Origin: Anaerolineae bacterium
GTDB lineage: Bacteria > Chloroflexota > Anaerolineae > B4-G1 > SLSP01
Assembly (NCBI GenBank): GCA_035347995.1
Contig: DAOPQD010000001.1
Span: 46,012-110,011 of the forward strand
Direction of reading: 5' to 3'
Length of the DNA stretch: 64,000 nt
Numbering within the stretch: the first letter of the stretch is position 1; each line of letters starts with the position of its first letter. Below, in pieces: positions 63,291-64,000 of this stretch. The position numbers were made by a program, and so were the translations under genes. Below the pieces are notes generated by a model, which was not told the origin of the DNA, made no database searches, and saw nothing but the letters and a program-made list of their open reading frames with translations.

Positions 63291-63410
63291 GGACCTGTCA
63301 GACCCGAAATTCATTCCGGGGCAGCTTGAGGGCAGCCTGAAGTTTGCATTACTTTTCTGATCCGTGAAATCCGTGGCCATCTGTGAGCCATTTTCCGAGG
63401 AGACGTTTCT

Positions 63411-64000
63411 ATGCTTTTGGCGGTAGACATCGGCAACACCAACATCGTCTTCGCCGCGCATGACGGCGAGTCGTGGATCCATCACTGGCGCGTGCAGACG
63501 GTCAAGGAGAAGATGCCCGACGAGTACGGGCTGCTCTTCCATGCTTTTCTGCGCGAGGCGGCCTTCGACACGGTGGAATTCGAGCAGGTGGTCCTGGGCA
63601 GCGTCGTGCCGCCCGTCACGTGGAAGATCGAGCAGATGTTGCAGAAGCAGACGGGGCGCACGCCGTTGGTCATCAGCCATCTCGTGGAGACGGGGTTGAC
63701 GTTCCGGGTGAAGAATCCGGCGGAAGTGGGCGCCGATTTGATCGCCGACGCCGTCGCGGCCTATGCTCGCTTCGGCGGCGCGTGCATCTCCGTGGATTTC
63801 GGCACGGCGACGACGTTTGTGGCGGTGTCGGACCGCGCGGAATTCCTCGGCGTGGCGATTGCGCCGGGCGCCAATCTGATGGCGGCTTCGCTGGCCGGCG
63901 GCACCTCACAGCTGCCGCAGATCGCGCTGGAGCTGCCCGAGTCCGCCATCGGCACCGACACCGTCTCGGCGTTGAGCGCCGGCATCATGGTGGGGTATCT
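63411..64000 (+). CDS. coaX: Type III pantothenate kinase (3' partial; continues beyond the window)
   Basis: ATG at 63411 with RBS GAGGAG. MLLAVDIGNTNIVFAAHDGE matches the CoaX N-terminal phosphate-binding motif (DxGNT). The later ISVDFGTATTF matches the second CoaX motif. It is open at the window end. Confidence 0.75.
   Translation, partial: MLLAVDIGNTNIVFAAHDGESWIHHWRVQTVKEKMPDEYGLLFHAFLREAAFDTVEFEQVVLGSVVPPVTWKIEQMLQKQTGRTPLVISHLVETGLTFRVKNPAEVGADLIADAVAAYARFGGACISVDFGTATTFVAVSDRAEFLGVAIAPGANLMAASLAGGTSQLPQIALELPESAIGTDTVSALSAGIMVGY

Noticed and set aside
1-64000. tRNA, rRNA, IS elements, integrases and prophage genes.
   Set aside because: Scanning for T-loop-like GGTTCGAAT motifs, 16S/23S-like conserved blocks and transposase/integrase-like ORFs found nothing convincing. 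The only GGTTCG match (17238) is part of the fdxA/PHP terminator stem.

Overview
This 64-kb window is a high-GC (roughly two-thirds G+C) bacterial chromosomal segment with about 44 protein-coding genes, about 90% coding. I found no rRNA, tRNA, CRISPR array, transposase or integrase. By inference only, the gene repertoire points to a thermophilic Chloroflexota-like organism: many GAF sensors, four GT-C (PMT/ArnT-type) glycosyltransferases, an ECF transporter, a tungsten-type aldehyde:ferredoxin oxidoreductase, LysM proteins, and hints of leaderless promoters.

Layout from left to right:
- 1-16.8 kb, a signal-transduction supercluster on the + strand. It holds three output-less GAF proteins, two of them membrane-anchored (the first is partial, so its membrane anchor cannot be seen), plus a PF04392 periplasmic binding lipoprotein. 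These are followed by a 1494-aa TM-HAMP-multiGAF sensor and a 2164-aa cytoplasmic multi-GAF/PAS hybrid histidine kinase with two receiver domains.
- 16.9-23.8 kb: a 7Fe ferredoxin, a PHP hydrolase, an AlkP-superfamily phosphodiesterase, a DUF456 protein, and a MoaD-AOR-4Fe4S cluster.
- 23.9-32.9 kb: housekeeping genes. These are a GT-C glycosyltransferase, a LysM protein, the dksA-like/lspA/rluD operon, a CN-hydrolase, a GNAT protein and clpB.
- 33.2-42.6 kb, a six-gene minus-strand envelope operon. It encodes an alpha/beta hydrolase, three paralogous GT-C membrane glycosyltransferases with duplicated C-terminal beta-domains, and a secreted CBM-type protein interrupted by an in-frame TAG.
- 42.7-45.1 kb: secDF.
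- 45.2-49.7 kb: a 1494-aa BatA-like triple-VWA fusion protein.
- 50.0-52.8 kb: three tandem RpiR regulators.
- 53.0-64.0 kb: a lipoprotein, a degenerate DprA-like protein with dtd and acpS, an M16 peptidase pair, ugd, ECF transporter genes ecfT and fused ecfA, a putative S component, and the start of coaX.

The most unusual sequence-level signals are:
- two families of 8-bp-period tandem repeats (GAACGTGC-like and GATTCGCT-like) recurring in promoter-proximal regions of unrelated genes;
- a mosaic REP-like palindromic element present in at least four copies;
- the stop-codon-interrupted secreted CBM gene;
- the operon-like cluster of GAF proteins that all end in the same truncated capping module.

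All coordinates come from the supplied ORF track. Motif coordinates are from reading the printed sequence and may be off by 1-2 nt.
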